DNA of 64,000 nt, taken from the NCBI RefSeq assembly GCF_964213995.1, contig NW_027590224.1:310001-374000 (forward strand), in the 5' to 3' direction. Both the position numbers and the translations under genes were made by a program. The notes under the pieces are model-generated. The model did not search any database. It saw only the letters and a list, made by a program, of their open reading frames with translations, and was not told where the DNA came from. Within the stretch, counting starts at the first letter, position 1, and each line of letters opens with the position of its first letter. This document shows, in pieces, positions 36,312-50,330 of this stretch. The stretch comes from Mustelus asterias. Taxonomy: Eukaryota.

Positions 36312-38748
36312 AAGTGAGTGTGAAATGGGGAGACGAGTCAGCTGAGGGGGTGGGAGTGTGGATTGAGATTCCTGGGAATACAAGACAAGCCCCTGGGGGA
36401 AAGGGGGAGGGAGTGAATGGGTTTGAAATTGGCAGGATTTGGGATAAAATATTTCTCCAGTGACAAAATGATGCTGAGCCACTGGGACAGAGATTCGATC
36501 ATCTCTGTTTGTCTCTCTCTGTCTCTGTTCCCCTCTGTCAGTCTCTCCCTCCATATGTCTCTCTCTCCATCTGTCTCTCCCTCTCTCTCTGCTCCAACAC
36601 ACAATTATCAAATGTGATGGGTGGAGAAAGTGATACAAACTCATTGTGTGGAGTCAGAGGGCCCGATTCTCCCATTATGTGGCTAAGAGCCCACATCAGC
36701 GGGAAAGCCGGAGGGTTTCGCCTGGTGCTACCAGCGATCAGCACTCGCAATTCAGTTCACCCCCGACATGATTCACACAGGCTTCGCAATGCCTGGTGCC
36801 TGATTCACTGCAGTCAGCATTTACCCGTCAGCCCTCTGAAGCGGAGGCAGTGCAGTATTTCAGCGGTCCCTTTGGCATCACTCTCGCTTCAGCCAGGAAT
36901 ACAGCCGAGAAAAGGCTCTGCTCCGTGATCTCTAGAGGCTGAAATCAAGAGGATGTTTCAAGGAGAGGATGGCCCTCTTCCCAAGAGTTAGCAGGAGGCA
37001 GCCACCAGCCAAGGTAGCGGAGGCATGGGAAGGGGGGATGCTTCACTAGCTTCAGAAGCTTCACTAAGAGGGCGGCATGCAATGCTGGAAGTAGATGACC
37101 GAATTACTCTGTTCGACAAGGGTGAGTTCCTACTTCCCTGCCCCATCCTCTCCTTGAAGCATCCCTAACCTCTGCCATCTCACCTTAAACCCCTTCGATC
37201 ACACCGCACCACCTTCTAAAGTTGTCAAATAGAATCCCCATCTGATCCTCCAACGCCTCAACCACAGTGCACATCACAACCCCTAATTGGAGTAGCCCCA
37301 TGACCACACATGCCACAGATTTCAGACCCCCATCCTAGTCAGGCCAACCTCTCACTCTGTCATCTTTATGTCCCCATAGGCAAAGCTGACCTTCAACAAG
37401 AGAGTGGGCAAAAACAGGCAGGGGCATCCCTGAGGTGCAAGTCCTCACCCCTTCTGAGGAGACCATAAAAAGTGCTGAGACAGGAGCGAGTGTCGCTGGC
37501 TGCAAGGTCGGCAGGGCCCAAGCAAGTAAGGACCCAAAGCACCAGGATCAAGATCATGGTGCTTTGTCAAGTGACTCGATCATCCTCCACACCCCTGACA
37601 GCTCCACCAGCTGACCCCATGTACTTTGTCTTGCTGTGTCTCCATTGGATGAGGCCATCAGGGATTGCATCCCGCCATGCCACTCCTCCGAGCACTGGAC
37701 ACAGACATACTGTCATTGCGTTCACCTGCGCCAGCACAGGGACACTCACCTCAGTGAGAAACATTCATAGACAGGCTCCTGGGACACTCTCTGGCACCAC
37801 ACAGCCATTATTGCACATCGGGTGGAGGCTGAGATATCCAAGGGAGTGGTCTGTTGGAGGGCTGATGGCTCCCTGGGAACTGCTGGCCCCAAGGCAGATG
37901 TCAGGCCTCTGGAAGCCTTCATCCCAGCAATGGTCAACATGCAAAGGCAGAGGCAGGCTTTACAGGAGGAGATGTCAGCGACCTTCCAGCAAATGCAGGC
38001 ACAACTGGAGGAGTCCGGGAGCCTCATCTCGCAGGAGATGGTGCCAGCATTAAGTGGTACCCAGGCCAACACTACAAGGGTAGCACCCGCAGCAAAGCCT
38101 GGGCCAAGATGTCTATACAATGACCAATGACTTTCAAGACATGGCCCACTCAGTGACACCCATGGCTGCGACCCTGGGCATCTAGGCCAGTTACACAAGG
38201 ACATGTCGCTCGTGTTGAGGGATATTGCTGATGCGCATCAGAGCTTGACCCAGTCACACAGGACCACAGCTGAGGGCATCTACAACATTACCCAATTGCA
38301 GAGGGACATGTGCCAATCACTGAGGGCCATGTCCGAAGGCATTGGAATCACGGTGCAGACAATGGCGGTGCAGGATCATGGAGAAGCTGATGGAGCTCAC
38401 TCCAGCTGCCCCTCCATCCCAAGGAGTGATCTGTGGGCCATCGAGCACCCTGAGGGAGCCCAACACAGTCTTCAACCATGGAGATTCGGGCCGTTACCAG
38501 CCCTTATGAATTCCGCCTTCCTAACAGTGCCTTTTACCCTGGGCAGCAGGCAGCACAGAGTGGCACATTGTGGCACCAAAAGTTGGCCGGGCCTTTCCAG
38601 GTCCAGGCCTTCCAAAGGATGCCCACCGAGGGTATCAGAGGCCAGAGGTCATGGTCAACAGCACTCCATCTCCACCTCTGATGTGCAATCTAGGGACACA
38701 CTTATAAGATGTGGGAGGGAACGAAAGAAGAGGACGATAGAGGACCAC

Positions 38749-39613
38749 TGTGACGATGCTTTACCTTTAAGAAATGTATTTTAATCATATTTCTCTGCAG
38801 GATGTTTCGAGGAGTCCCTGGCATTTCTCACAGCCGTTTTGTCTACAACTGGTAACCTCTATTGTTACTGAAGCAGTATAATTGATACCAATTAATCTGA
38901 ACTAATGCAATTGTCTGTTTAGTATTTCCCTGGGATTGCAGAGTAGAGTTTGATTGGGGTGTTTGACAGGTCAGGTCATATGACTGGGGACAGCTCGGCT
39001 TTCACAGAGGATTCCAGCTTAGTTGCTGTTTTTTTTCAGATGCTCTTTGGAGTTGAGAGAGAGCAGTGTCTGCTTTCTACTCTCTGGAGCTGGAGATTCT
39101 GCTGTCTGAGTGTTGCTGTTTTGGAAGCTGTAGGGAGAGAGGTATCCTTTCTTGTCTCTGAAGTCTGAAGACTGGAAGCTGCTAGAAACTGGGTTTACTT
39201 CTCTGCTTAGCTGCCTTGAGGGTATATCCTTGTCTGAAAACTGCTGTTTGATATTTTGTCCAGAAGTGTTACAAAACTGGAAATCTAATATCATGTGAGC
39301 ATACCTGTTTTAGTGTTAACTAATTCTGAAGAAGGGTGTATGTCTATGGGGTATTGCTTTTAAATTGGAACAACAGAGATAGCTAGCTGTTAAGAATTAC
39401 ACTGTGTCATGTTTAAGTTTTGCAATTGGTAAAAGTTATGCTAATTCTTTTCATTATATTCTAACTGTGTTCTTAAATAAACTGTTTGATAAAAGGTTCC
39501 TAGTGGGTCACTTGAATCATACCTGGAGTGAAACACCTTATGCTCAAATGTAAAACTTAGGGTCTAGGCTAACTTCACAAAACACCTTGGAGTTTCTGGC
39601 CTGGGTCATTACA
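38749..39613 (+). mobile_element. Solo Gypsy LTR with TSD CCAC, nested in the Harbinger
   Basis: TGTGACGATGC...GGTCATTACA, with CCAC on both sides. Homologous to 16037-16808. Confidence 0.88.
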
Positions 39614-39656
39614 CCACTTAAATAGGCATGGGTGAAGCAACACTTCTCCATTATCA

Positions 39657-40282
39657 TGAAGTGGGAAAAATATACAGATGGGTACACATAAGATGGTTGC
39701 CTGGCACATCAACAGTCACCTGGGAAAAAGACATTAAACAGGCACTGACTTTCAGTACAGACAGCTACCTGAGATTAAAACATAAAGGACAGACAGCTAT
39801 TCAAAGTTAAACATGCAGGAATCAAATCCTACAGGAAGCCAGCCAGGGCTTAAGGATAAGGACAATAGGGTTGGATAACGAGATTAGCTACAGGTGGGAT
39901 CGGGAATACATAACTGCAGGAAAACCAATTACTGTAAATTACTATATGAATAGGCCGAAACTAAAACCATTGATTGCTACTGACGTAGGAAATGTATCAA
40001 TTCATAGAACAATGTGATGTTAACATGTTCATGTCTGTATCTGTCTGTATTTGTCTATAACGATGTGTTAACGATCGATCACCTACTTGATTACAACGAT
40101 GTGATAATGGCTAGATGTCCGGTCCATCTATTGTGTAAAGGGTATAAAGATGGACTGCTCCTATTGTCTCATTGAGAGAAGGTTTGCTGCTTGTTAGTGC
40201 CATTTCTCCACGAAGCTTCGATAAAATAAAACTGTATTCTTGAAACCTTCAAGCCTGACCCAGTGGTACATTTCCCACAACA
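39657..40282 (+). mobile_element. Solo LTR (same family as 31670-32261)
   Basis: Shared internal blocks (CCGGTCCATCTATTGTGTAAA...TATAAAGATGGAC), ends TTTCCCACAACA, near-TSD ATCA/GTCA. Confidence 0.8.
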
Positions 40283-41389
40283 GTCACAAATAAACATGTC
40301 ACCCCCATACGACTGACCTATCAATATTACGTCAGTCCTTAAGGGGAAGGGAATTGGGGAGGGGGGCAATGTTGACAGCTTGAACCTCTGATCTTCCCAC
40401 ATGGTCCCCGCACTGACCCCTAATCGGGGGTATTCGAGAGCAACAGTGTCACTCACCCGCCTCTGACAGCATCACCAGTCCAGGACCCTGATGATCTGTC
40501 TCTTAAGCCTCCCCACCCCTGACCTTTTACTCCAACAATGAACCGGGAGGTAAGTGACCTGTCACCAGAAAGGCCGCAGTCAGACTTCAGATGATCAGCA
40601 GCTTCACAACTTTCCTCACATCGAGTCGTCATCACCCTCCAGCTTTGCTACGAGACCCTCTGACACGACCATCCCAAGCCCATCACACTGACCCTTGGGT
40701 GGGGGGGAGGGGGGGGTTAATTGGACCAATGCAGTAGGGGAGGGGGAGATGGAAACAAGGGATTGCCAAGGCAGGGTATTTAGATCAGTGGGGGGGGGGT
40801 TTGATCTGCCGCTCAATGAAGGTCCCACACTGGAATCTGGAGGTGATAAGGGCCTCACTGGTCCATCGTTCCTGTTGGACACTGGCCATGGATATTCCGC
40901 TCCCTCAGCATCCTCCTCGTCCTCCATGCCATCATGGTCCTCTTCCTCCTCTGGTGAGGCTGCCTCCTCCTCATGTTTCCCCGCTGTTGTGCCAGGTTGT
41001 GCAGCACACAGCAAGTGACCACTATACATGCCACCCTCTGGGAGAGGGGTATATTGTAGCGCCCCGCTAAAGCAGTCCAACCAGCTGAACTGCAACTTGA
41101 TGATGCTACTGGTGGCAGAGTGGACCTCATTGTAACGGGTTTCCCTTGGGTCTGAGGCCTCCGCACAGGTGTCATCAGCCATGACCTTAATGGCTAATCC
41201 TTGTCCCCCACTCGCCACCCACTCAGCCGAGGGTGACCCTCGAACATGTCGGGTACCTCCAACCATGCCAGAATGTAGGAGTTGTGCACGCTCCCACAAT
41301 AGGATACACAGACATGCATAATGTTCATGCGGTGGTCGCTCATCAGTTGGATATTCATTGAGTGTTATCCCTTCCTGTTAACGAAGGGC

Positions 41390-41540
41390 ACAGTAAGAAG
41401 TCTCACAACACCAGGTTAAAGTCCAACAGGTTTATTTGGTAGCAGAAACCACTAGCTTTCGGAGCGCTGTTGGACTTTAACCTGGTGTTGTGAGACTTCT
41501 TATTGTGTTTACCCCAGTGCAATGCCGGCATCTCTACACA
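41390..41540. mobile_element. Penelope-derived palindromic insertion in the Harbinger transposase
   Basis: Inverted pLTR copies; TSD-like AAGGGCAC. Confidence 0.78.
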
Positions 41541-41608
41541 AAGGGCACCCCATGGTCCCCTGGAACGGGGGCAGCCCAGCAATGGCAGAGAGTCCTTCAG
41601 CTGGGCAT

Positions 41609-41853
41609 CTGGTTCCTGTATTAAAGGTGTTCAGACAGATAAACCCAGAATCTGGTTCTTGGATTAAAGGGGTTCAGACAGATAATCCCAGAGTCTGGTC
41701 CCTGTATTAAAGGGGTTCAGACAGATAAACCCAGAGTCTGGTCCCTGTATTAAAGGGGTTCAGACAGATAAACCCAGGGTCTGGCTCCTGTATTAAAGGG
41801 GTTCAGACAGATAAACCCAGGGTCTGGCTCCTGTATTAAAGGGGTTCAGACAG
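41609..41853. repeat. 43-bp minisatellite, about 6 units
   Basis: Unit CTGGTCCCTGTATTAAAGGGGTTCAGACAGATAAACCCAGAGT. Confidence 0.93.
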
Positions 41854-42844
41854 TAGATGGCGCAGTTTGTCAGCCAATAGAAATGGAGCATCATCGCCAT
41901 CAGGTGCGGGCTGTCAGTATTGCAGGGGGACACTGGAGCAAATTTAAAAACTAAACCTGCATTTATATAGCGTTTTTCACGACAACACAGCTCTTCATAA
42001 TAATTTAATGAGGATAAAAACCTCTAAAATATTTCCTTCCATGTCATAACTCATATGTGAAGAATGGATATTTATGTGGAGGTAAGAACATAAGAATTAG
42101 GAGCAGGAGTAGGCCATCTGGCCCCTCGAGCCTGCTCCGCCATTTAATAAGATCATGGCTGATCTTTTTGTGGATTCAGCTCCACTTACCTGCCCGCTCA
42201 CCATAACCCTTAATTCCTTTACTGTTCAAAAATTTATCTATCCTTGCCGTAAAAACATTCAATGAGGTAGCCTCAACTGGGCAGGGAATTCCACAGATTC
42301 CCAACCCTTTATGTGAAGAAGTTCCTCAACTCAGTCCTAAATCTCCTCCCCCCTATTTTAAGGCCATGGCCCCTAGTTCTAGTTTCACCTGCCAGTGGAA
42401 ACAACCTCCCTGCTTCTATCTTATCTATTCCCTTCATAATCTTATATGTTTCCATAAGATCTCCCCTCATTCTTCTGAATTCCAATGAGTACAGCCCCAG
42501 TCTGCTCAGTCTCTCCTCATAAGCCAACCCTCTCAACTCCGGAATCAACCTAGTGAATCTCCTCTGCACCCCCTCCAGTGCCAGTATATCCTTTCTCAAG
42601 TAAGGAGACCAAAACTGTACACAGTACTCCCGGTGTGGCCTCACCAGCACCTTATACAGCTGCAACATAACCTTACTGTTTTTAAACTCCATCCCTCTAG
42701 CAATAAAGGGCAAAATTCCATTTGCCTTCTTAATTACCTGCTGCATCTGCAAACCAACTCCTTGTGATTCTTGTACAAGGACACCCAGGTAGGTCCCTTT
42801 GCACAACAGCATGTTGCAATTTTTTACCATTTATAATTATGATT

Positions 42845-45105
42845 ATGATATTTTTGAGGATGAGAGTGTGATACAGGCTGATAGGTTGGAGGAGGTAGAT
42901 GTTCTGAGGTAAGGTGTATTAGCAATTTTGAAAAACCTGAGGGTCGATAAGTCCCCTGGGCCAGATGGGATATATCCTAGGATTCTTTGGGAGGCAAGGG
43001 ATAAGATTGCAGAGCCTTTGGCTTTAATCTTTGGGTCCTCACTTTCCACGGGGATTGTGCCAGAGGACTTGAGAGTGGCGAATGTTGTTCCTCTGGTCAA
43101 GAAAGGAAATAGGAATGACCCTGGTAATTATAGGCCGGTTAGTCTTACTTCGGTGGTCAGTAAGTTAATGGAAAAGGTCCTGAGGGATAGGATTTATGAC
43201 CATTTGGAAAGATGCAGCTTAATCCGTGATAGCACGGATTCGTGAAGGGTAAGTCTTGCCTCACAAATTTGATTGAATTCTTTGAGGAGGTAACTAAGTG
43301 TGTAGATGAAGGTAGAGCAGTTGATGTCGTATACATGGATTTTAGTAAGGCGTTTGATAAAGTTCCCCATGGTAGGCTCATGAAGAAAGTAAGGAGGTGT
43401 GGGATAGAGGGAAATTTGGCTGATTGGATAAATAACTGGCTATCTCATAGAAGTGGAGATGCCGGCGTTGGACTGGGGTGAATAGAGTAAGAATTCTTAC
43501 TGTATCTCATAGAAGACAGAGGGTGGTGGTGGTGGATGGAAAATTTTCAGACTGGAGACCAGTTACCAGCGGTGTACCACAGGGATCAGTGCTGGGTCCT
43601 CTGCCATTTATGATTTTTATCAATGACTTGGAGGAGGGGGCTGAAGGGTGGGTCAGTGAATTTGCTGATGACACCAAGATTGGTGGAGTAGTGGATGACG
43701 TGGAGGGCTGTTGTAGGCTGCAAAGAGACATTGATAGGATGCAGAGCTGGGCCGAAAAATGGCAGATGGCGTTTAACACTGATAAGTGCGAGGTGATTCA
43801 TTTTGGTAGGACAAATTTGAATGCGGATTACAGGGTCAACGGCAGAGTTCTGAGGAACGTGGAGGAACAGAGAGATCTTGGGGTTCCCTCGTCAGACCCC
43901 ACTTGGAGTACTGTGCTCAGTTCTGGTCGCCTCATTACAGGAAGGATGTGGAAAAGATTGAAAGGGTGCAGAGGCGATTTACAAGGATGTTGCCTGGATT
44001 GAGTGGCATGCCTTTTGAGGATAGGCTGAGGGAGCTCGGTCTTTTCTCCTTGGAGAGACGTAGGATGAGAGGAGACCTAATAGAGGTATATAAGATTTTG
44101 AGAGGCATAGATCGGATGGACTCTCAGATGCTTTTTCCCAGGGTGGAAATGGCTGCTACGAGAGGACACAGGTTTAAGGTTCTGGGGGGATAGGTACAGG
44201 GGAAATGTTAGGGGTAAGTTTTTCACACAGAGGGTGGTGGGTGAGTGGAATCGGCTGCCATCCGTGGTGGTGGAGGCAAACTCAATAGGGTCTTTTAAGA
44301 GACTTCTGGATGAGTACATGGGACTTAATAGGATGGAGGGTTATAGCTAGGCCTAAAAGGTAGGGATATGTTCGGCACAACTTATGGGGCCGAAGGGCCT
44401 GTTTTGTGCTGTAGTTTTTCTATGTTTCTATATCCACAGATCTCTGAAGGTTGCCACTCAAGTGGATAGAGCCGTGAAGAAGGCCTATAGTGTGTTAGCG
44501 TTTATTAACAGGGGGTTTGAGTTTAAGAGCCATGGGGTTATGCTGCAACTGTACAGGACCTTGGTGAGACCACATTTGGAATATTGTGTGCAGTTCTGGT
44601 CACCTCACTATAAGAAGGATGTGGAAGCACTGGAGAGAGTGCAGAGGAGATTTACCGGCATGCTGCCTGGTTTGGAGGGTAGGTCTTATGAGGAAAGGTT
44701 GAGGGAGCTGGGGCTTTTCTCTTTGGAGCGGAGGAGGATGAGGGGCGACTTAATAGAGGTTTATAAGATGATAAGGGGGATAGGTAGAGTGGACGTTCAG
44801 AGACTATTTCCTCGGGTGAATGTAGCTGTTACTAGGGGGCATAACTATAAGGTTCATGGTGGGAGATATAGGAGGGATGTCCGAGGTAGGTTCTTTACTC
44901 AGAGAGTGGTTGGGCTGTGGAATGGACTGCCTGCTGTGATAGTGGAGTCGGACACTTTAGGAACTTTCAAGCAGTTATTGGATAGGCACATGGAGCACAC
45001 CAGAATGATAGGGAGTGGGATAGCTTGATCGTGGTTTCGGACAAAGCTCAGCACAACATCGAGGGCCGAAGGGCCTGTACTGTGCTGTATTGTTCTATGT
45101 TCTAT
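42845..45105 (+). mobile_element. Plus-strand CR1 nested in the above; itself contains a second CR1 3' fragment (about 43886-44428) and a Penelope stub (about 43454-43502)
   Basis: ORFs 42928-44002 and 44384-45028 are contiguous once 43886-44428 is removed. The Penelope stub has TSD TATCTCATAGAAG. Confidence 0.88.
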
Positions 45106-46689
45106 ATTTAAATAATAGTCCATTTTTCTGTTATTTCTACCAAAATGGATGACTTCACATTTACCAACATTGTACTCCATCTGCCAGACCCTCGCCCACT
45201 CACTTAGACTATCTATATCCCTTTGCAGACTTTCAGCGTCCTCTGCACACTTTACTCTGCCACTCATCTTAGTGTCATCTGCGAATTTTGATACATTACA
45301 CTTGGTTCCCAACTCCAAATCATCTGTGTAAATCGTAAACAATTGCAGTCCCAACACTGATCCCTGAGGCACACCACTAGTCACTGATCGCCAACCAGAA
45401 AAACACCCATTTATCCCCACTCTTTGCTTTCTGCTGGTTAACCAATCCTCTATCCATGCTAATTCATTACCCGTAACACTGTGCACCTTTATCTTATGTA
45501 GCAGTTTTTGATGTGGCACCTTTTCAAATGCCTTCTGGAAATCCAGATACACCACATCCACAGGTTCCCCATTGTCACTGCGCATGTAATGTTCTCAAAG
45601 AATTCCACCAAATTAATCAAACTTGACCTGCCCTTCATGAACCCATGCTGCGTCTTACCAATGGGACAATTTATATCCAGATGTCTCGCTATTTCTTCCT
45701 TGATGATAGATTCAAGCATTTCTCCCGAATACAAAAGTTAAGCTAACCGGCCTATAGCTACCCTAGTTTTGTCTAGCTCCTTTTTTAAACAGTGGCGTCA
45801 CATTTGCTGTTTTCCAATCTGTGGGAACCACGCCAGCGAATTTTGGTAAATTACCACTAGTGCATTTGCTATTTCTCCCGCCATCTCTTTTAGTACCCTG
45901 GGATGCATTCCATCAGGGCCAAGAGACTTGCCTACCTTTAGCTCCATTAGCTTGCCCAACACTACCTCTTTCGTGATAATGATAGTTTCTAGGTCCTCAC
46001 CCGCCATAGCCTTCCTGTCATCAATTTTCGGCATGTTATTTGTGTCTTCCACTGTGAAGACCGACACAAAATACCTGTTCAATGCCTCAGCCATTTTCTC
46101 ATTTCCAGTTATTACATCCCCCTTCTCATCCTCAGGATCAATGTTTACTTTAGCCACTCTTTTTCGTTTTATATATTTGTCGAAACTTTTGCTATCTGTT
46201 TTTATATTCTGAGCGAGTTTACTCTCATAATCCACCTTACTTTTCTTTATAGCTTTTTTCATGGCTTTCTGTTGACCTTTAAAGATTTCCCAATCCTCTA
46301 GTTTCCCACTAATCTTTGCCACTTTGTATGCATTTTCTTTCAATTTGATACCCTCCTTTATTTCCTTAGATATCCATGGCTGATTATCTCTTTTTCTACA
46401 GTCCTTCCTTATCACTGGTATATACTTTTGCTGAGCACTGTGAAAAATCACTTTGAAAGTCCTCCACTATTCCTCAATTGTCCCATCATAAAGTTTTTGC
46501 TCCCAGTCTACCTTAGCCAATGCCTCCCTCATCCCATTGTAGTCTCCTTTGTTTAAGCACAAGACATTGGTATTGGATTTTACCTTCTTACTGCTCCATC
46601 TGTATTTGAAATTCAACCATACTGTGATTGCGTCTTCCGAGAGGATCCCTAATTAAGATCATTAATTATTCCTGTCTCATTACACAGGA

Positions 46690-46903
46690 TGTGGAGATGC
46701 CGGCGTTGGACTGAGGTAAACACAGTAAGAAGTTTAACAACACCAGGTTCAAGTCCAACAGGTTTATTTGGTAGCAAAAGCCACACAAGCTTTCGGAGCT
46801 CCAATGACCTGAAGAAGGGGCTTGGGGCTCCGAGAGCTTGTGCGGCTTTTGCTACCAAATAAACCTGTTGGACTTTAACCTGGTGTTGTTAAACTTCTTA
46901 CTG
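46690..46903. mobile_element. Penelope-derived palindromic insertion
   Basis: Inverted pLTRs; TSD TCATTACACAGGA. Confidence 0.82.
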
Positions 46904-48534
46904 TCATTACACAGGACCAGATCTAGGATAGCTTGCTCCCCCATAGGTTCTATTACATACTGTTCAAGGAAGCTATCGCGGATACATTCTAAGAACTCCT
47001 CAATGCTGCCTTGACCGACCTGGTTTGACCAACTCACGTGTAGATTAAAATCCCCCATGATAATTGCTGTACCATTTTTACATGCATCAGTTATTTCTTT
47101 GTTTATTTCTTGCCCCACCATGACGTTATTATTTGGTGGCCTATAGACTACGCCGATCAGTGACCTTTTTCTCCTTACTATTTCTAATTTCCACCCAAAT
47201 GGATTCAACCTTTTCCATAGAACATATATCATCTCTCACTACCGCCCTGATATCATCCTTAAATATCAGAGCTACACCACCTCCCTTACCTTCCTGTCGA
47301 TCCCTCCGAACAGTCTGATACCCCTGGATATTTAACTCCCAGTTGTGACCATTCTGCAACCATGTCTCTGTAATGGTCACCAAATCATACTCATTCGCAA
47401 TGATTTGTGCCATCAACTCATTTAGCTTGTTTTGAATGCTACAAGCATTCAGATAAAGTGCCCTTATGCTAGTTTTTGTGCCTTCTTTTTGAATTCTAAC
47501 ACTTCCATTAAAACATCTCCTGAATTCTACTTCCTTTTAACTTTTTTCCTGATTTTTGTTGCAGTTGGAACCTTCTCCCCACATTTTGTCCTTCCCTGCT
47601 TCTCGGACTCCTGACATAGGTTCCCATCCCCCTGACATATTAGTTTAAATCCTCCCAAACTGCTCCAGCAAACACTCCCCTTCGGACATCAGTCCCAGAC
47701 CTGCCCAGGTGTGACCCGCCCAATTTGTACAGGTCGCACCTCCCCCAGAACCGGTCCCAATGCCCCAGGAATCTGAAACCCTCCCCCTGACACCACCTCT
47801 TCAGCCACGTATTTATCCGATATATCCTGTCATTTCTACTCTGACTAGCACATGACACCGGTAGTAATCCTGAGATCACTACCTTTGAGGTCCGATTTCT
47901 TAACTTTCTTCCTAGCTCTGTGTATTCTGCTTTTAGGACGTTTTTATACCTATGTTGCTTGTACCAACGTGTACTACGACCACTGGCTGCTCACCCTCCC
48001 CCTTTAGAACGTCCTGCAGCCGCTCCGAGACATCCTTGACCCGAGCACCAGGGAGGCAACAGACCATCCTGGAATCTCGTTTGCAGCCACAGAAACGCCT
48101 GCCTATTCCCCTTACAATTGAATCCTCTATAACTATTGCACTGGCACACCTTTTACCCCTCCCCTCTGCAGCAGAACGAGTTTGGCTGCTGCTGCTTTCC
48201 CTCGACAGATCATTCCCCCTCAACAGTATCCAAAGCCGTATATCTGTTTTGCAGGGGAATGGCCACAGGAGATTCCTGCACTACCTGCCTATCTCTCTTG
48301 CTCTGTCTGGTGGTCACCCATTCCCTTCCTGCCTGCGGAGTCTGAGCCTGTGGTGTGGCCACCTCTCCAGACGTGCTATCCACGATACTCTCTGACTCGC
48401 GGATGCTCCACAGTGTCTCCAGCCGCCGCTCCAGCTCCGAAACACGAGCTTCCAGGAGCTGTAGCTGGAGACCCCTGTAACAGAGGATTGCAGGTATCCA
48501 CACTGTCACCTCAGAATCAGAAGTTGTGGGTTCA

Positions 48535-48815
48535 AGTTAAAGTTAATTTATTAGTGTCACAAGTAAGGCCTACATTAACACTGCAATGAAATTACTGTGA
48601 AATTCCCTAGTCACCACATTCCGGCGCCTGTTCGGGCCAATGCACCCTAACCAGCACGTCTTTGGACTATGGGAGGAAACCGGAGCACCCGGAGGAAACC
48701 CACACGAACACAGAGAGAATGTGCAAACTCCACACAGACAGTGACCCAAGCTGGGAATTGAACCCGGGTCCCTGCCTCTGCGAAGCAGCAGTGCTAACCA
48801 CTGTGCCACCGTGCC
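48535..48815 (-). mobile_element. V-SINE
   Basis: tRNA head and V core on the minus strand. Same subfamily as 52540-52826. Confidence 0.85.
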
Positions 48816-50044
48816 ACACCCATCTAACTCCATAAACCTGAACTCACAATAAATGCTGACAGTCCTCTTGCACTGAGATTTCTAACTGATGACCTTGTTT
48901 GTCCTCGCAGATTTAAGTTCAATTAAAAACCTGGAATTAAAATGCTAATGGAACTATTGCCGACTCTCAAAAAACCTATCTGGTGAACAAATGTTCTTCA
49001 GGGAAGGAAATCTGCCATCCTTACCTGGCCTGGCCTACATGTGACTCCAGAGCCACAGCAATGGTTTGTGTGCCCTCTGAAATGGTTACGTCAGGCACTC
49101 AGTTCAAGTGCAATTGAGGATGTGCACACACTATTGGCTTGCTTCACTGAAAACTCTACACCGACTTGGTGCATTATTCCTGTTTTTTTTTTCATTTCTA
49201 GCCATCAAAGAACACCCAAGGTGGATTATCCAGGAATTTATCTTGTTGATTGATATCTTTGGGATATTGTTCTGTGCAAATTGGCATCAAATATGCTAAA
49301 TAAATGCTGGTCACTGTTCAATGTTGGAACAATCTTGAAGTGATGGGAGAAAACTGAAACTGGAATTTATCTTTGAGAGACATTGAGCTGTTGGTCGGGA
49401 GTCTCTCCTTGTTTTGGCATCAACACTTCAGACTTAACTAGACCTTCCACATTGTTGGTGATTGAGTTGACTTCAGTGCCCAGGACACATTGATTGCTCC
49501 ATTTAGTTGCTGTTGGTCTTGTTTCAGTGTCCAAGGTGGTGATGGGGCTTCTTCTTGAACGGTTTCAGTCCCGTGTGGTGAAGGTGCTCCCACGGTGCCG
49601 TTCGGGAGGGAGCTCCAGGATTTTGACCCAGTGACGATGAAGGAACGGCCGATATATCTCCAAGTGGGGACGGTGTGTGTGAGACTGGGAGGGGAACTTG
49701 GAGGTGATGGAGTTCCCCATGTTCCTGCTGCCCTTGTCCTTCTCGGGGAGGCTGGAGGTTGTGGCTTTGGGAGGTTTTATTGCAGAATGTGGCAGTGGGA
49801 ACAGAAGAGAAAGGAGACTTGTTCTCCACCTTGTCCTCTCTCACCCTCTTCTCGGAAGCTTCAATCCCAGACAATAAATTAATTCTTTAAAACCCCTTCA
49901 GAATAAATCCAACTATTTATTCCAGCCCAAGAAACATTTCACTCCAACATTTCCTTCTCTGAGCTTCCTTCATGCGATTTTTCCCCCAATAAACTGAACC
50001 GAAATTTTCAAATCTTAACCGTTTTTTCCTCCAAAGTTTCTGCT

Positions 50045-50330
50045 CGCGACGGGGGCGGGGCCAGAGACAGATGACCAATCAAGTACCAGGCCCGCCTGTC
50101 ATCCAGTCCCCGCCCCCTCTGATCAAAGCAAACCCCGAGTCGCGGGGGCGGGGCGGGACAGTGAGTATTATGGGATGTGGGACATGGTAACCAGCAGTAA
50201 CCAATCACTGGGCCCAGCTGGTGAAAGTGGCGGGGAAAGAGACCGCATGCTGGAGGGGGCGGGGTGACCACTGATTGACAGTATACTAACCAATCAGCAG
50301 CAGGGGCGGGATCACACTGGATCCTCGCAG
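50045..50330. promoter_or_regulatory. Putative CpG-rich promoter (GC boxes, CCAAT boxes, RFX-like site), partly duplicated at about 51105-51265
   Basis: GGGGCGGG five or more times, CCAATCA three times, CATGGTAAC, and local CpG enrichment in an otherwise CpG-poor window. Confidence 0.6.

Larger units (their letters stand above)
36659..41608. mobile_element. Decayed PIF/Harbinger DNA transposon: Myb/SANT-like gene remnants on +, DDE transposase remnants on - (about 40800-41600)
   Basis: Left TIR GGGCCCGATTCTCCCATT. Minus strand gives FVNRKG.HSMNIQL..DH, LMTPVRRPQT, GALQYTP and IVVTCCVLHNLA (HARBI1-like). The Myb/SANT call on + is weaker. Confidence 0.75.
42085..48470 (-). mobile_element. Near full-length CR1 LINE (ORF1 with SGNH-esterase-like domain, APE endonuclease, RT), with nested insertions
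   Basis: ORF1 remnants 47640-48509 (IVIEDSIVRG, CLPGARVKDV, VVVHVGT); endonuclease 46852-47416 (ITETWL, GGGVAL, VYRPP, MGDFN); RT 45100-46451 and 42309-42830; tail at 42085. Confidence 0.92.
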
